From the human T2T-CHM13v2.0 reference genome, Homo sapiens, in assembly GCF_009914755.1 (NCBI RefSeq), contig NC_060934.1: DNA of 64,000 bases. One strand, given 5' to 3'. The notes beneath the pieces are model-generated. The model was given only the letters and a program-made list of their open reading frames with translations, did no database searches and had not been told where the DNA came from. A program made the position numbers and the translations under genes. Positions 25,745 to 41,704 of the stretch are shown piece after piece; position 1 is the stretch's first letter, and every line of letters starts with the position of its first letter.

Positions 25745-28225
25745 CTGATACCAAACCTGGCAGAGACACAACAAAAAAAGAAAATTTCAGGCCAATATTC
25801 CTGATGAACATCGATGCAAAAATCCTCAGTAAGATACTGGCAAACCGAATCCAGCAGCACGTCAAAAAGCTTATCCACCACGATCAAGTCAGCTACATCC
25901 CTGGGATCCAAGGATGGTTCACATACACAAATCAATAAACGTAATCCATCACAGAGCCAATGATGAAAACCACATGATGATCTCAGTAGATGCAGAACAG
26001 GCCTTTGATAAAATTCAACACCCTTTCATGCTAAAAACTCTCAATAAACTAGGTATTGATGGAACATATCTCAAAATAATAAGAGCTATTTATGACAAAC
26101 CCACAGCCAATACCATACTGAATGTGCAAAAACTAGAAGTATTCCCTTTGAAAACCGGCACAAGACAAAGATGCCCTCTCTCACCCCTCCTATTCAACAC
26201 AGTATTGGAAGGTCTGGCTAGGGCAATCAGGCAAGAGAAAGAAATAAAGGGCATTCAAATAGGAAGAGAGGAAGTCAAATTGTCTCTGTTTGCAGATGAC
26301 ATGATTGTATATTTAGAAAATCCCATCATCTCAGCCCAAAATCTCCTTAAGCTGATAAGCAACTTCAGCAAAGTCTCAGGATAAACAATCAACGTGCCAA
26401 AATCACAAGCATTCCTATACACCAATAATAGACAAAACAGAGAGCCAAATCATGAGTGAACTCCCATTCACAATTGCTACAAGAGAATAAAATTACCTAA
26501 GAATACAATTTAAAAGGGATGTGAAGGACCTCTTCGAGGAGAACAACAAACCACTGCTCAGGGAAATAAGAGAGGACACAAACAAATGGAAAGACATTCC
26601 ATGCTCATGGATAGGAAGAATCAATATCAAAATGGCCATACTGCCCAAAGTAGTTTATATTCAGTGCTATCCCCATCAAACTACCATTGACTTTCTTCAC
26701 AGGATTAGAAAAAAACTACTTTAAATTTCATGTGGAACCAAAAAAGAGCCCACATAGCCATGACAACCCTAAGCCAAAAGAACAAAGCTGGAGGCATCAC
26801 GCTACCAGACTTGAAACTATACTACAAGGCTACAGTAACCAAGACAGCATGGAAATGGTCCCAAAACAGATATATAGACCTATGGAACAGAATGGAGGCC
26901 TCAGAAATAACCCCATACGTCTACAACCATCTGATCTTTGACAAACCTGACACAAACAAGCAATGGAGAAAGGATTCCCTATTTAATAAATGGTGTTGGG
27001 AAAACTGGCTAGCCAGATGCAGAAAACTGAAACTGGACCCCTCTTACACATTATACAAAAATTAACTCAAGATGGATTAAAGATTTAAACGTAAGACCTA
27101 AAACCATAAAACCCTAGAAGAAAACCTAGGCAATACCATGCAGGACATAGGCATGGGCAAAGACTTCATGACTAAAACACTAAAAGCAATGACAACAAAA
27201 GCCAAAATTGACAAATGAGATCTAATTAAAGAGCTTCTGCCCAGCAAAAGAAACTATCATCAGAGTGAACAGGCAGCCTACAGAATAGGAGAAAATTTTG
27301 TAATCTATCCATCTAACAAAGGGCTAATATCCAAAATCTACGAAGAATGTAAACAACTTTACGAGACAAAAACAACCCCATCAAAAAGTGGGTGAAGGAT
27401 ATAAACAGACATTTATCGAAAGAAGACATTTATGCAGCCAACAAACATATGAAAAAAAGCTCATCATCACTGGTCATTAGAAAAATGCAAATCAAAACCA
27501 CAATGAGATACCATCTCATGCCAGTTAGAATGGTAATCATTGAAAAGTCAGGAAACAGCAGATGCTAGAGAGAATATGGAGAAATAGCAATGCTTTTACA
27601 CTGTTAGTGGGAGTGTAAATTAGTTCAACCATGGTGGAAGACAGTGTGGCAATTTCTCAAGGATCTAGAACCAGAAATACCATTTGACCCAGCAATCCCA
27701 TTACTGGTTATATACCCAAAGGATTATAAATCATTCTACATAAAGACACATGCACACATATGTTTATTGCAGCACTCTTCACAATCACAAAGACTTGGAA
27801 CCAACCCAAATGCCCATCAATGATAGGCTGGATAAAGAAAATGTGGCACATATACACCATAGAATACTATGCAGCCATAAAAAAGGATAAGTTCACGTCC
27901 TTTGCAGGGACATGGATGAAGCTGGAAACCATCATTCTCAGCAAACTAACACAAGAACAGAAAACAAAACACTGCATGTTCTCACTCATAAGTGGGAGTT
28001 GAACAATGAGAATACATGGACACAGAGAGGGGAACATCACACCCTGGGGGCCTGTCAGGGGGTGGGGTTCTAGGGGAGGGATAGCATTAGGAGAAATACC
28101 TAATGTAGATGACAGGTTGATGGGTGCAGGAAACCACCATGGCACATGTATACCTATGTAACAAACCTGTACATTCTGTACCTGTATCCCAGAACTTAAA
28201 GTATAATAAAAAAAAAATAAGAAAA
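25745..28225 (+). mobile_element. L1PA7, 5'-truncated, with disrupted ORF2 (RT to C-terminus)
   Basis: ORF2 peptides in several broken frames (FADDMIVY at 25914-26384); 3' UTR ctaatgtagatgac...cccagaacttaaagtata; A-tail. Confidence 0.95.
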
Positions 28226-29373
28226 AATACTAGAGAATAAAAGAAAAAAGAAAATTGAAATGTTTTTGCTGTTGTTTTGTAGTTCTCTATGACTCTTGAG
28301 TTTATTTTTGTCTCAGTGTCTCTCACCATGAAATCATAGCTATCTTGCTCTGAATTGATTTGTAGTTTTATAATATAAACATTGTGTACCGTAAATTTAT
28401 CAGGTTTCCTGATAAACATAATTTTTAGACTACAGTAACACAGAACAAAGCTATATCTTTCCTAAAATTTTTATAGTGTTGTTTTGTAGACTCTTTTTGT
28501 CAAAAGATAAGAATATTGGATGATAGCCCTAAAGAAAAATACTGCCTTTATTTTGTGTTACAACTTGACTGCAAAAGGATTCAGTATCATGGTAGACAGA
28601 CATGCGATATGGATATTAGAGTTCTGCAATTGGATGAAGAGGAACGCCATCTCATTTCTACCAGAGCCCATGATATTCTCACTAGAATAGTTTGAGTATT
28701 ACTCTCATCCAGGTGACATATGTGAACACTATATACAATGTCATGAGTTCTTTCATCTCCTTTGAGAAGGACATAATAAAGACAAGAAGATATACTGGAC
28801 AAATACATGAATGCAGGTTTTTCAGATAATATGCAGAAGTCCCTGGAGAGAGGGAGAGAGAGAGAGTGTGTGTGAGTTAAGGTCATCCACCAAATACTGC
28901 TCCATATTGGTCTTTCCATCAGCAGTGGATGTCTGTCTTCTCTTTCTTTGCATAACACTCTATCTTTATCTCTATGAAAGGACTTTTGCATTACAACCTT
29001 ATTGACTATTTTAAGCCCTAAATATCCTTGTATAGTCAAAAGTCCCCCACCAACAGTGAAACAGAATTTAAATATACTATCTTTGTCAGCTGGCCTAAGG
29101 AGCAGAAGAATTTTAAATATGATAGGGCCCCCCGCTTGCTCTGCTTTCTTGTCTTCCAGTTCAAATTTTCCTTAACCCTCTCATTTCCCTTTCTTTGATG
29201 TAGAGCCATTTTGCATCTTTGGTCTTATGGCTTGTTACAGACTTTTTGTAACTGGAATACAGAGATAAAAGATATTCTACAAAGTCAGGAACACCAGAGC
29301 TATATTTATAGAACATTTGCAAAACTTATTTGGGGTATGGGGTAGAGATGCGTATCAAAACTTAAAGAGTCAG

Positions 29374-29693
<320 letters not shown>

Positions 29694-30765
29694 CTAATAG
29701 TGAAAGAAAGAACACACATTTCAAAACTATAAGAGAATACAAAATATTTACAAAGAGCTCTCAAGGAAAGAAGAAATTGGTATAATATTAAAGTCATTAT
29801 GAAGAAACAGAAGGGTAGAGACTTTTCAGGCTATGCTTATTCGATATATTACTAAAAGTATGTATGATAATCAGCTTTATTAGACAGAGAGAGAACAACA
29901 GTTGAGAGGTATGTGGTTGAAATTTTAATAACATAATAAAGCCACACACATAATGTGATAGTATCATTGCTTCTTTTGTTCTAAGCATGTACATTCTCTT
30001 CAAAGAGAGTGTAAATTCATTACAGGTAAATTCCCATTTGTGCTATTTGAATTTGTATGACTTTTCAGAGACATTATATAGAGTTGCTACTTGCCATTAA
30101 GGGAGTGAAAGAAACCTCTAAACAAGATATGTAAAGATAATCCCCATGTTAAACTGAAAATGACAATCTAATATGAAATTTTACCAAGTAGATTTAAAGG
30201 AAGTCTTTATCTGCAAAAGGAGATATGAACTAGCACAAGTTGGTCTTGTTGAATCCTTTTATGGAATGTCTCCAGATATTTCTATCTTTCCTTGAAGACT
30301 TTTTGTATTTCTATAAATGTGTGGTATATTTTGAAGTCAATGTCAATGACACACTCACATGAATCAACATAAAGGTAATTATTCTGAGTTAAAAGGTAGA
30401 AAAATACCAAAGTTCATGAGATTAAAGAGTATTAACAATTTTATTTCTAAAAGCATCACAATTTGGAATGGAGCACTATAAAAATATGATTTTGTAAAGT
30501 ATTTCATTTTGAACATATAAATATGCCACGTAGAGTGATTTTCGCTCTTTATAGGTTTAAATTTAGTCAAGAAGAGCCAGACAAAAAGACCAGGATTTGG
30601 AATCCTCTGAGAACACAACACTAAATCAATTTAACATACCTGTTAAGTGTTTTAGACACAAAGTCAACTACCAAGACCACAGTCGAGGAAAAAAAGAACA
30701 GTTGCTGCAAGAAACGATATTTACCATAGTCTGGGAGAAAATTCCAGGGACTAGAACTCAGATTA

Positions 30766-31530
30766 CGGTTGACCCTTGAGGAATGTGCAGATCATGGGTG
30801 CTGATCCCCATAGTCAAAACTCCATATATATCTTTTTATCCCCTAACTACTAATAGCTTACTGTTGACTGGAAGCCTTACTGATAACAAAAAGAGTTGAC
30901 TAACACATACTTTGTATGTTATATGTATTATATATGGTATTGTTAATAAATAAGCTAGACCAGGGGACCCCTCCCCCCCGGGCTGTGAGCCGGTACCAGC
31001 CTGTTCCCTGTTAAGAACCGAGCTGTACAGTGGAGGTGAGTGGCAGACTAGCGAGCAGTACCACTTGAGCTCCACCTTCTGTCAGATCAGCAGTAGCATT
31101 AGATTCTCAATGGTGTGAACCCTATTGTGAACTGCGCATGCAAGGGATCTAGGTTGCAAGCTCCTTTTGAGAATCTAATGCCTGATGATCTGAGGTGGAA
31201 CAGTTTCATCCCAAAACCATCCCCACCACCATCTGTGGAAAAAAATTGTCTTCCACAAAACTGGTCCCTGGTGCCAAAAGTTTGGGGACCACTGAGCTAG
31301 AGAAATGAAAATGTTATTAAGAAAATCATAGGGAAGAGAAAATATATTTAGTATTCATTAAGTGGAAGTGGCTCATGATAAAGATCTTCATCCTCATCAT
31401 CTTCATGTTGAGTTGTCTGGGGAGGAAGAGGAGGGGTTGGTCTTGCTGTCTCAGCAGTCATAGAGATGCAAGAAAGTCCACGTATAAGTGGACCTGCTCG
31501 GTTAAACCCACGTTGTTCAAGGGTCAGCTG
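30766..31530 (-). mobile_element. Tigger2a (MER28) TcMar-Tigger MITE, split by MER1B
   Basis: TIRs cggttgacccttga / ttcaagggtcagctg, TA at the left flank. Confidence 0.9.
30961..31294 (+). mobile_element. MER1B hAT-Charlie MITE
   Basis: cagggg...gaccactg ends; 8-bp TSD agctagac (30953) / agctagag (31295). Confidence 0.92.
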
Positions 31531-31789
31531 AATTTGATTTCTAGCTTCCTCTGTTAACTGTTCATGGGGACTTGGAATATCACTTGAATTTCTGATACTG
31601 TCAGCCGTAGGCATCCTGCCTGCCTACATCACATGGATGAAATAGAAATTAAATTAGAACGTTGACATAAACATGCTTTGAAAATGTCAAAGTATTTGGC
31701 AATTGTAAATTTGTAGCAATAAAGAGAGTGAGCCTGCCTGGTCTGTTTCCTGCCAATCCTCATAGATACCATCTCCCACTGCACTGCCC

Positions 31790-32225
31790 TTTGGCCTCTG
31801 GGCTCCAGCCAGGGGCCCACCTTCTTTCAGTTTCTCCCTTCAGTCATACATATGTCACCCTCTGCGGGCTCTTAGCTCATGATATTCTTTCACTTGGAAC
31901 GTGTTTCACATACATGCACCACCCTCTTTTCAGCACCCTCTATTTAGTCCATTTCTATTCATTCTCAGGTTTTGCTTCAAACACTTCTAAGGGAATCTTC
32001 TTAGACCTATCTTTTGAAAATAAGTCAGGTCTCTCTCTCATAGATTAAGATCTCATTAACTTTGCTTCAACACACTTGTTCCAATTTTAATCTTCCATTC
32101 ATTTATGATTATCTGCTTGATTTTGCCTTTCCCACTAGTTTGGATGAAGTAGAGCAGGATGTGCTCATTACTTTATCCCCAAATCTTAGTATAGCAACTG
32201 ATACAATTAATAGCTCAGTTAATCA
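31790..32225 (+). mobile_element. L2 3' fragment
   Basis: Pyrimidine-rich degenerate L2 3' region. Confidence 0.45.
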
Positions 32226-32648
32226 GGGGAGTAAAGTACAGATATCTACATGTTTCACTTCCTTATCACATTCAGATTATTTGCTGAAATGTCACCTTCT
32301 TAGTAATGCAATTTGCTATGTGATGTGCAATTTATAATCTGTCTGACATGAATCTACTTATTCTGGAGCTTTCTGCCAGTTATTTCTTCTCTCTAGCAGT
32401 GATTCCATGTTGCCTTCCCCTAAGAAATACCACCTAAGTCATTTTAATTACAATGGATTTATTTTTCACTATGTGGAAAATCTTATGCTAATTACATTGA
32501 CTTTGAGGATGAGTGAGTACAAAAATATTTAATTCAAATTCACTTATCTCAAGGAGTTTACAAAAAGAGTTATAATATATTTCACTACGATATATGCTGA
32601 GAAATATACTAAATCTTTGCTACAGAGGTTTTGTAGATACAGAGCTGA

Positions 32649-32994
32649 TGTGGTAAACAAGAAATGTCCCCAGTATAGGCTTAATTTAACTGAACCAAGG
32701 CAAATGGGTGGACAACCAAATTGCCAATCAATAAATCTTTAAATCCACCTATGATCTGGAAGTCTCACCCCACCTTAAGATTTCCCATCTTTCTTGGCAG
32801 AACCAATGTATACCTTACATATATCGATTTATGTCTTTGCCAGTAACTTCTGTCTCCCTAAAATGTAAAACCAAGCTGTAAACCAACCATGTTAGGCACA
32901 TGTTCTGAGAACCTCCTGAGGCTATGTCACAGGTCATAATCAAAACAAACTTTTAAATTGATTGCCTTTTGTCTCAGATACTTTTTGGTTTACA
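32649..32994 (+). mobile_element. MER4-group (ERV1) LTR, internally deleted
   Basis: aaccaatgtataccttaca...ctccctaaaatgta...gtctcagatactttttggtttaca; TSD ctga / ttga. Confidence 0.75.
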
Positions 32995-33192
32995 TTGACA
33001 ATATTAAGGATTCTTCTGGAAGCCAAAATTCACTTCTAACAATTTCTGAACGCATATCAAATACGTAAATAGAGACAAAGAAAACCACATATATAATTCA
33101 TTAGGATTGATTAATGAAGTTATTTTCAACTAATACAACAGAATTCATATATTTAAAAAGAAAAACTTTTTCTTAAACTTCCATGCATCTAC

Positions 33193-33854
33193 TGTCAATG
33201 AAAACAATCAAACTAAAATATTTGGAAAGATTTATTCTGAGCCAAGTGTGGGTGGGCATGACCCATGATACAGCCCCAGGAGATCCTGAGAACATGTGTC
33301 CAAGGTGGTTGGGATACAGTTTGCTTTTATACCTTTTAGGGAGACATAAGACAAAATCAATACATGATGTAAGATGAACATTAGTTCTGTCCAGAAAGGT
33401 GGAACAACTCAAAGCTGGGGGATGGGGTGGTGTCCATGTTATAATTGGATTCAAAAATTTTCTAATTGATAGTTGATTGAAAGAGTTTACCTAAGACCTG
33501 AAATCAATGGAAGGGAGGGTGACTGGGTTAAGATAAGGGGTTGTGGAAACTAAGGTTCTTATTATGCAGATGAGAGGAAGCCTCCAGGTAGCAGGCTTCA
33601 TAAAGAATAGATGTAAATGTTTCTTATCAGATTTAAAGAGGCTGTTGTGTCAGTCTAAAGGTGTCTGTTTTAAGGTTAATGCTGGTCAGCTGTGCCTGGA
33701 TTCCAAAGGGAGGAAGGCATAATGAGGCATGTCTAACCACCCATTCCCATCATGGCCTGAACTAGTGTTTCAGGTTTACTTTAGAATGCTCTTGGCAGAA
33801 AGGAGGTGTCCATTTTGTTAGTTGGGGGGCTTAGGATTTTATTTTTTGTTTACA
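33193..33854 (-). mobile_element. MER4A-like (ERV1) solo LTR
   Basis: TG...CA ends, perfect TSD CTAC (33189-33192 / 33855-33858). Confidence 0.88.
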
Positions 33855-34015
33855 CTACAAAAACTAGAAAGAGACTTATCAAATATTATCTAGGAAAACA
33901 TTTACAAAGTTTTTCATTAGGATTTGTTATATTAAATATTGCTCTTGTAGTACTTGAAAATTATTCTTTCTAGTAATTTTAAACATTTTCTTCATAATCT
34001 TTATGTTATTGTTAG

Positions 34016-34334
<319 letters not shown>

Positions 34335-34377
34335 AGCCAATAGTATCAAAATAACTGTCAGTGCAACTACTGATTTT

Positions 34378-37417
<3,040 letters not shown>

Positions 37418-37631
37418 AGAAATTCTGAATTTAAAAGATTTAACTAGTGATATTGTAATTAGTTAAATTTATTTCAGTGTCTTTTATATAAAAACAAATC
37501 AATTTTATAAGAATTATACTTTACTAGAATGAAATCATACTGTCATCAGAGCTGATCTTTTTCATTTGAAAGTTTCTCAGTTTACATAGAAAGATTGCAA
37601 GTGCACAGCCATGGCCACATAGAGCTTGGGA

Positions 37632-38088
37632 TGTAGCAGAACAAGCCACAGACAAAACCCCTCAGACACCAAGTTAAAGAAGGAAGGGCTTTATTTGGCT
37701 GGGAGCTTTGGCAAGACTCACGTCTCCAACAACCGAGCTCCCTGAGTGAGCAATTCCTGTCCCTTTTAAGGGCTTGCAACTCTAAGGGGGTCCACATGAG
37801 AGAGTCGTGATCGATTAAGCAAGCAGGTGGTACATGACTGGGGGCTGCACGCACCAGTAATCAAAATGGAACAGAACAGGACAGGGATTTTCACAACACT
37901 TTTCCATACAATGTCTGGAATCTATAGATAACATAACCGGTTAGGTCAGGGGTCGATCTTTAACCAGGCTCAGGGTGTGGCACCGGACTGTTTGCCTGTG
38001 AATTTCATTTCTATCTTTTAGTTTTTACTTCTTTCTTTGGAGGCAGAAATTGGGCATAAGATAATATGAGGGGTGATCTCCTCCCTTA
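37632..38088 (-). mobile_element. LTR2 (HERV-E/Harlequin) solo LTR
   Basis: Minus strand starts taagggaggagatcacccctcatatt and ends tgctaca; perfect TSD GGGA (37628 / 38089). Confidence 0.93.
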
Positions 38089-38205
38089 GGGAGATCTTTG
38101 TCAATTGGAACATGCCTGAAATAAAAGCTGATTTAACAGAGATAAACTAAGCTGATTTTAGAAAAGCCTTTCCAGTCAGTCAACAGTGCCGGAAACCTGT
38201 GAATG

Positions 38206-38916
38206 TGATACAGGAGGTAGAAATAAATTATTTAGGCAGATAGTGAGGGAAAAAGAGTCCTCAGCAATGCTGCCCTTTTAACAAAAAGCAGCCCCCAAAA
38301 TCATTTCCTTTCTAACAAAGAGCAGCCTGAAAACTTGAGCTGCAAACATAAATAAGGAAGCTAGAAGCTTGCACAGGGGAACGCCGGCAGCTGTGCCAAT
38401 AGAAAAGGGCTACCTGGCTTCCAGGCATATCCAACATGGAGGTTCCATCTTCTCTTTTTTTGTTACCACTTGTATAGTAAAGGAATGGGCAACATGGCGC
38501 AGGCCAAGCAGAGAACCTGCCTGCATAATAAAAGATTAGGGTAGGGGCAGCCAGAAATTCACACCCTATGCAAATGGCACACCTAGTCCTAACCAGTTTT
38601 TCACACCCTATGCAAATAGCACACCTGGTCTGACCAGTTTTTCATGCCCTATGCAAATGGCACACCTGGCCCAACCAATCTTTCATGCTCTGTGGAAATC
38701 AGACACTACCTCCTCACCAGGCATCTATAAACCCCCTGCATTTTACCACGAATCTGGCAACCCATTTCTCCAGGACCTGTCTCTGCAACAGAGAGCTCTT
38801 TCTTTCACCTACTAATCTTCTGCTCTTAACCTCACTCTTTGTGTGTCCACACCCTGTTCTCCATGGCCATGAGACCACAAAACTTGGGTGATACTCCAGA
38901 CAACAAGGCTGTTTCA
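38206..38916 (+). mobile_element. LTR9B-like (ERV1) solo LTR with tandem octamer repeats
   Basis: tgatacaggag..aaattatttaggcagatag start, tttca end, perfect TSD AATG (38202 / 38917). Confidence 0.88.
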
Positions 38917-39065
38917 AATGCAAGCATCCTCAAGATAACTTTGACACTACACATCTTAAGAGGTGACACTTATCAAATTCCAAGGAAGCAGTTATTTCAT
39001 CTGATTTAATAACCATGTCCTTATTACCCTATTGATGTCTCCAGACAGCCTGGACCCCAAGATAT

Positions 39066-39696
39066 TGTTACCAGAAAAAGGTCCTAATTCAGACCCCAAG
39101 AGAGGGTTCTTGGATCTTATGCAAGAAAGAATTTGGGGCAAGATAACAGAGTAAAATGAAAGCAAGTTTATTAAGAAAGTAAAGAAATGAAAGAATGGCT
39201 ACTCCATAGGCAAAGCAGCAGTTTGGGCTGCTGGACTAAGGATACTTATAGTTATTTCTTGATTATATGCTAAACTGGGTGGATTATTCATGAGTTTTCT
39301 GGAAAAGTCATGGGTAATTCCTGAAACTGAGGGCCCCTCACCTTTTTAGAACATATAGGGTAATTTCCTGATGTTGCTGTGGCATTTGTAAACTGTCTTG
39401 GTGCTGGTGGGAGTGTCTTTTAGCATGCTAATGCATTATAATTAGTATGTAATGAGCAGTGAAGATGACCAGAGGTCACTCTCTTTGCCATCTTGGTTTT
39501 CATAGGTTTTGGCTGGCTCCTTTAACACAACATGTTTTATCAGCAAGGTCTTTGTGACCTATACCTTGTACTGACCTCCTATCTCATCTTGTGATTTAGA
39601 ATGCCTAACCTACTGGGAATGCAGCTCAGTAGGTCTCAGCCTAATTTTACCTACCCTATTAAAGACAGAGTCACTCTGGTTCGAATGCTTCTGACA
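39066..39696 (-). mobile_element. MER41B (ERV1) solo LTR
   Basis: tgttaccagaaa..cagaccccaagagagggttcttggatc...ctgaca; TSD atat / gtat. Confidence 0.9.
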
Positions 39697-40059
39697 GTAT
39701 GGCTCCCTAAAGAGATGTACAAAGTACCTGAATAACGCCTTATTAGCCAGAGCTGAGAATAACTATCCATGGATGGAGTTAGTTTTAGCTGGAAATGAGG
39801 ATTTATTTCTTTTTCTCTGGTCCAGGTATAAGTAATACTACATTTCTTCTGAACTCTCCTGGTTTGCCAGAAACAAAGTTTGCAGATTTATTGTTCAATC
39901 CTTTTGCTTTGGTTTTATTATTATATAACTTATTTTCTGTGTAAATGAATGGCCAAACTATTTTCTTTACTGAGAAGCTATGGAATTAAAGTATTAATGC
40001 TCTGATAAAAAGACTTTAATTTCTGACTTATATTTATAAGACCAATAAATCTTTCCACG

Positions 40060-40345
40060 AGGCTGCATTGCTGGTGGAAATATAAATTGTTATAACCTTT
40101 TTGAAATGCAGTAAAGAATTAATCAATTCAAACTTCTGTGATGTTATATCATTTCTGGGACATTATCCCATAGATAAAGGCACTACTACAAAAAATACAC
40201 AGAAAGGAAAGTTTATAGCATCTATGTTTGTAGTGCAAAAGCAAAACAAAAAACTAACACAAAAAAAGGTCAATCAGTAACTGAATGGTTTGAATAAATG
40301 TGCACCCATCCCACAATATACCATGTACTTATTTTAAAAAGTAAG
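40060..40345 (+). mobile_element. Old L1M fragment
   Basis: cattgctggtggaaatataaattg... degenerate ORF2 C-terminal region. Confidence 0.5.
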
Positions 40346-40739
40346 TTTTCTTCCAATTCCAGCAAAATAATAAAGTAGATCAGCAAAAAAAGAAAAGAAA
40401 TCCAGGTGCCAGAAGCAAAGATAAAGCTGAAGTGCAGAGCACTGGTCATGTTTGTTATGGTACAGCAGCAGCCCTGGTGAGTTATTGGAGCTGACAATGG
40501 CTAAGGTTTAAGATTTAACACCCTCACAAAGCAGGAGAGCAGGCCTCAGGCTTGTATCAAGTAGGTGAATGGAAATAAGCACCTTGTAGAAAGCTGGGTA
40601 CTGGATGGGCTACAAGCAAAGTGCAAGAAACATTAAATGACTCAACTCACTGATCCAGGGTAATAACAAGGAAGGTTTGACAGATGCCCTCAATGCCCTC
40701 TAATAAAATGGAATTGCCTGCAGGTTTGGTATGGATTTT

Positions 40740-41074
40740 TGGCTTGGTGGGTGAATAGGGCAAGCTTGAAGTGTTAGAGAGAATGCCACTCAGAAGTGCC
40801 CCAAACCAATGATGACCAGGGAGTCAGCCTACAAACATCTTACCATTTCTTTCTTTGGCTGGGATAACTCTGGGATACGGTCTGCATTTCATCTAGCAAG
40901 ATTGTGTTCCACTTACCCACTTGGTAACCTGATTGTTAATCACTCTTTGTTGGTCTACTTCGCTTTTCTGTCTCAACTTCATCATTCTCTTAGCGGTGTT
41001 AACTTTTCAAATAAACTATTTGCATTCGAATCCTTACTTTGAGATTTTCTTCTAGGGTATCCTAAACTAAGACA
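40740..41074 (+). mobile_element. LTR16/LTR33-family (ERVL) LTR
   Basis: aataaactatttgcattcgaatcctt...cctaaactaagaca terminus. Confidence 0.7.
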
Positions 41075-41704
41075 TTTTGGGCTGTCCCAGATATAGAAGG
41101 AAAATACAGTTCTCCTGTGGGAAATTATAGGTACAACTTCCACTGGCTTGGATGCAAATTTACCTATGCACGGGTGGTACAAAGAAACACCAAGCCCACA
41201 AATTATTTTTGAAAATCAGGAAAAAGCAAGTGATGCTCTTAAGGTAGCAGATAAAAGCAAGTCAAAACCATTCCAGTAGAATGTTTCCCAAAAATCTGCC
41301 ATATTTCCCTTCTCCAAGAAAGAACATTTTCGTGCTTAAAATGAGTTCTTAATATAACATTATTAAAATCTACAAAGAAACAATCTACCATTAGTTAGAG
41401 TCAGAATGCAAAATAAACATGGATTAGTGTCCCCCAAAACCTGAGAGAATAAAGTGACAATTTAAATGACTCCATAAAGTATCTTTTAAATTATTAAAGA
41501 GGAATTTTTTAAATTACAGAAATACTAAGGAAAATATGTAAGATGATGATGATGATGATAGCTAACTTTTACCTGTGTTTATACAGCAAAATCATGTGCA
41601 GTCCTAGGGGAGTAAATAACTTGGTTTTTGTTTACATTTATTGTTAGGTGCTAAAACAGTGAAATTGGTTTTCTCATGATAATAAATGTATATACATCAC
41701 CAGG

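Noticed and set aside
25914-28002. Several RT-like ORFs
   Set aside because: Frameshifted fragments of L1PA7 ORF2.
28587-29039. 150-aa minus-strand ORF in unique DNA
   Set aside because: Non-ATG start, crosses a GA/GT microsatellite, no recognisable domain or splice structure.
38559-38705. Regularly spaced repeats resembling a CRISPR array
   Set aside because: Tandem units without unique spacers, inside an LTR U3 in primate DNA; no cas genes.
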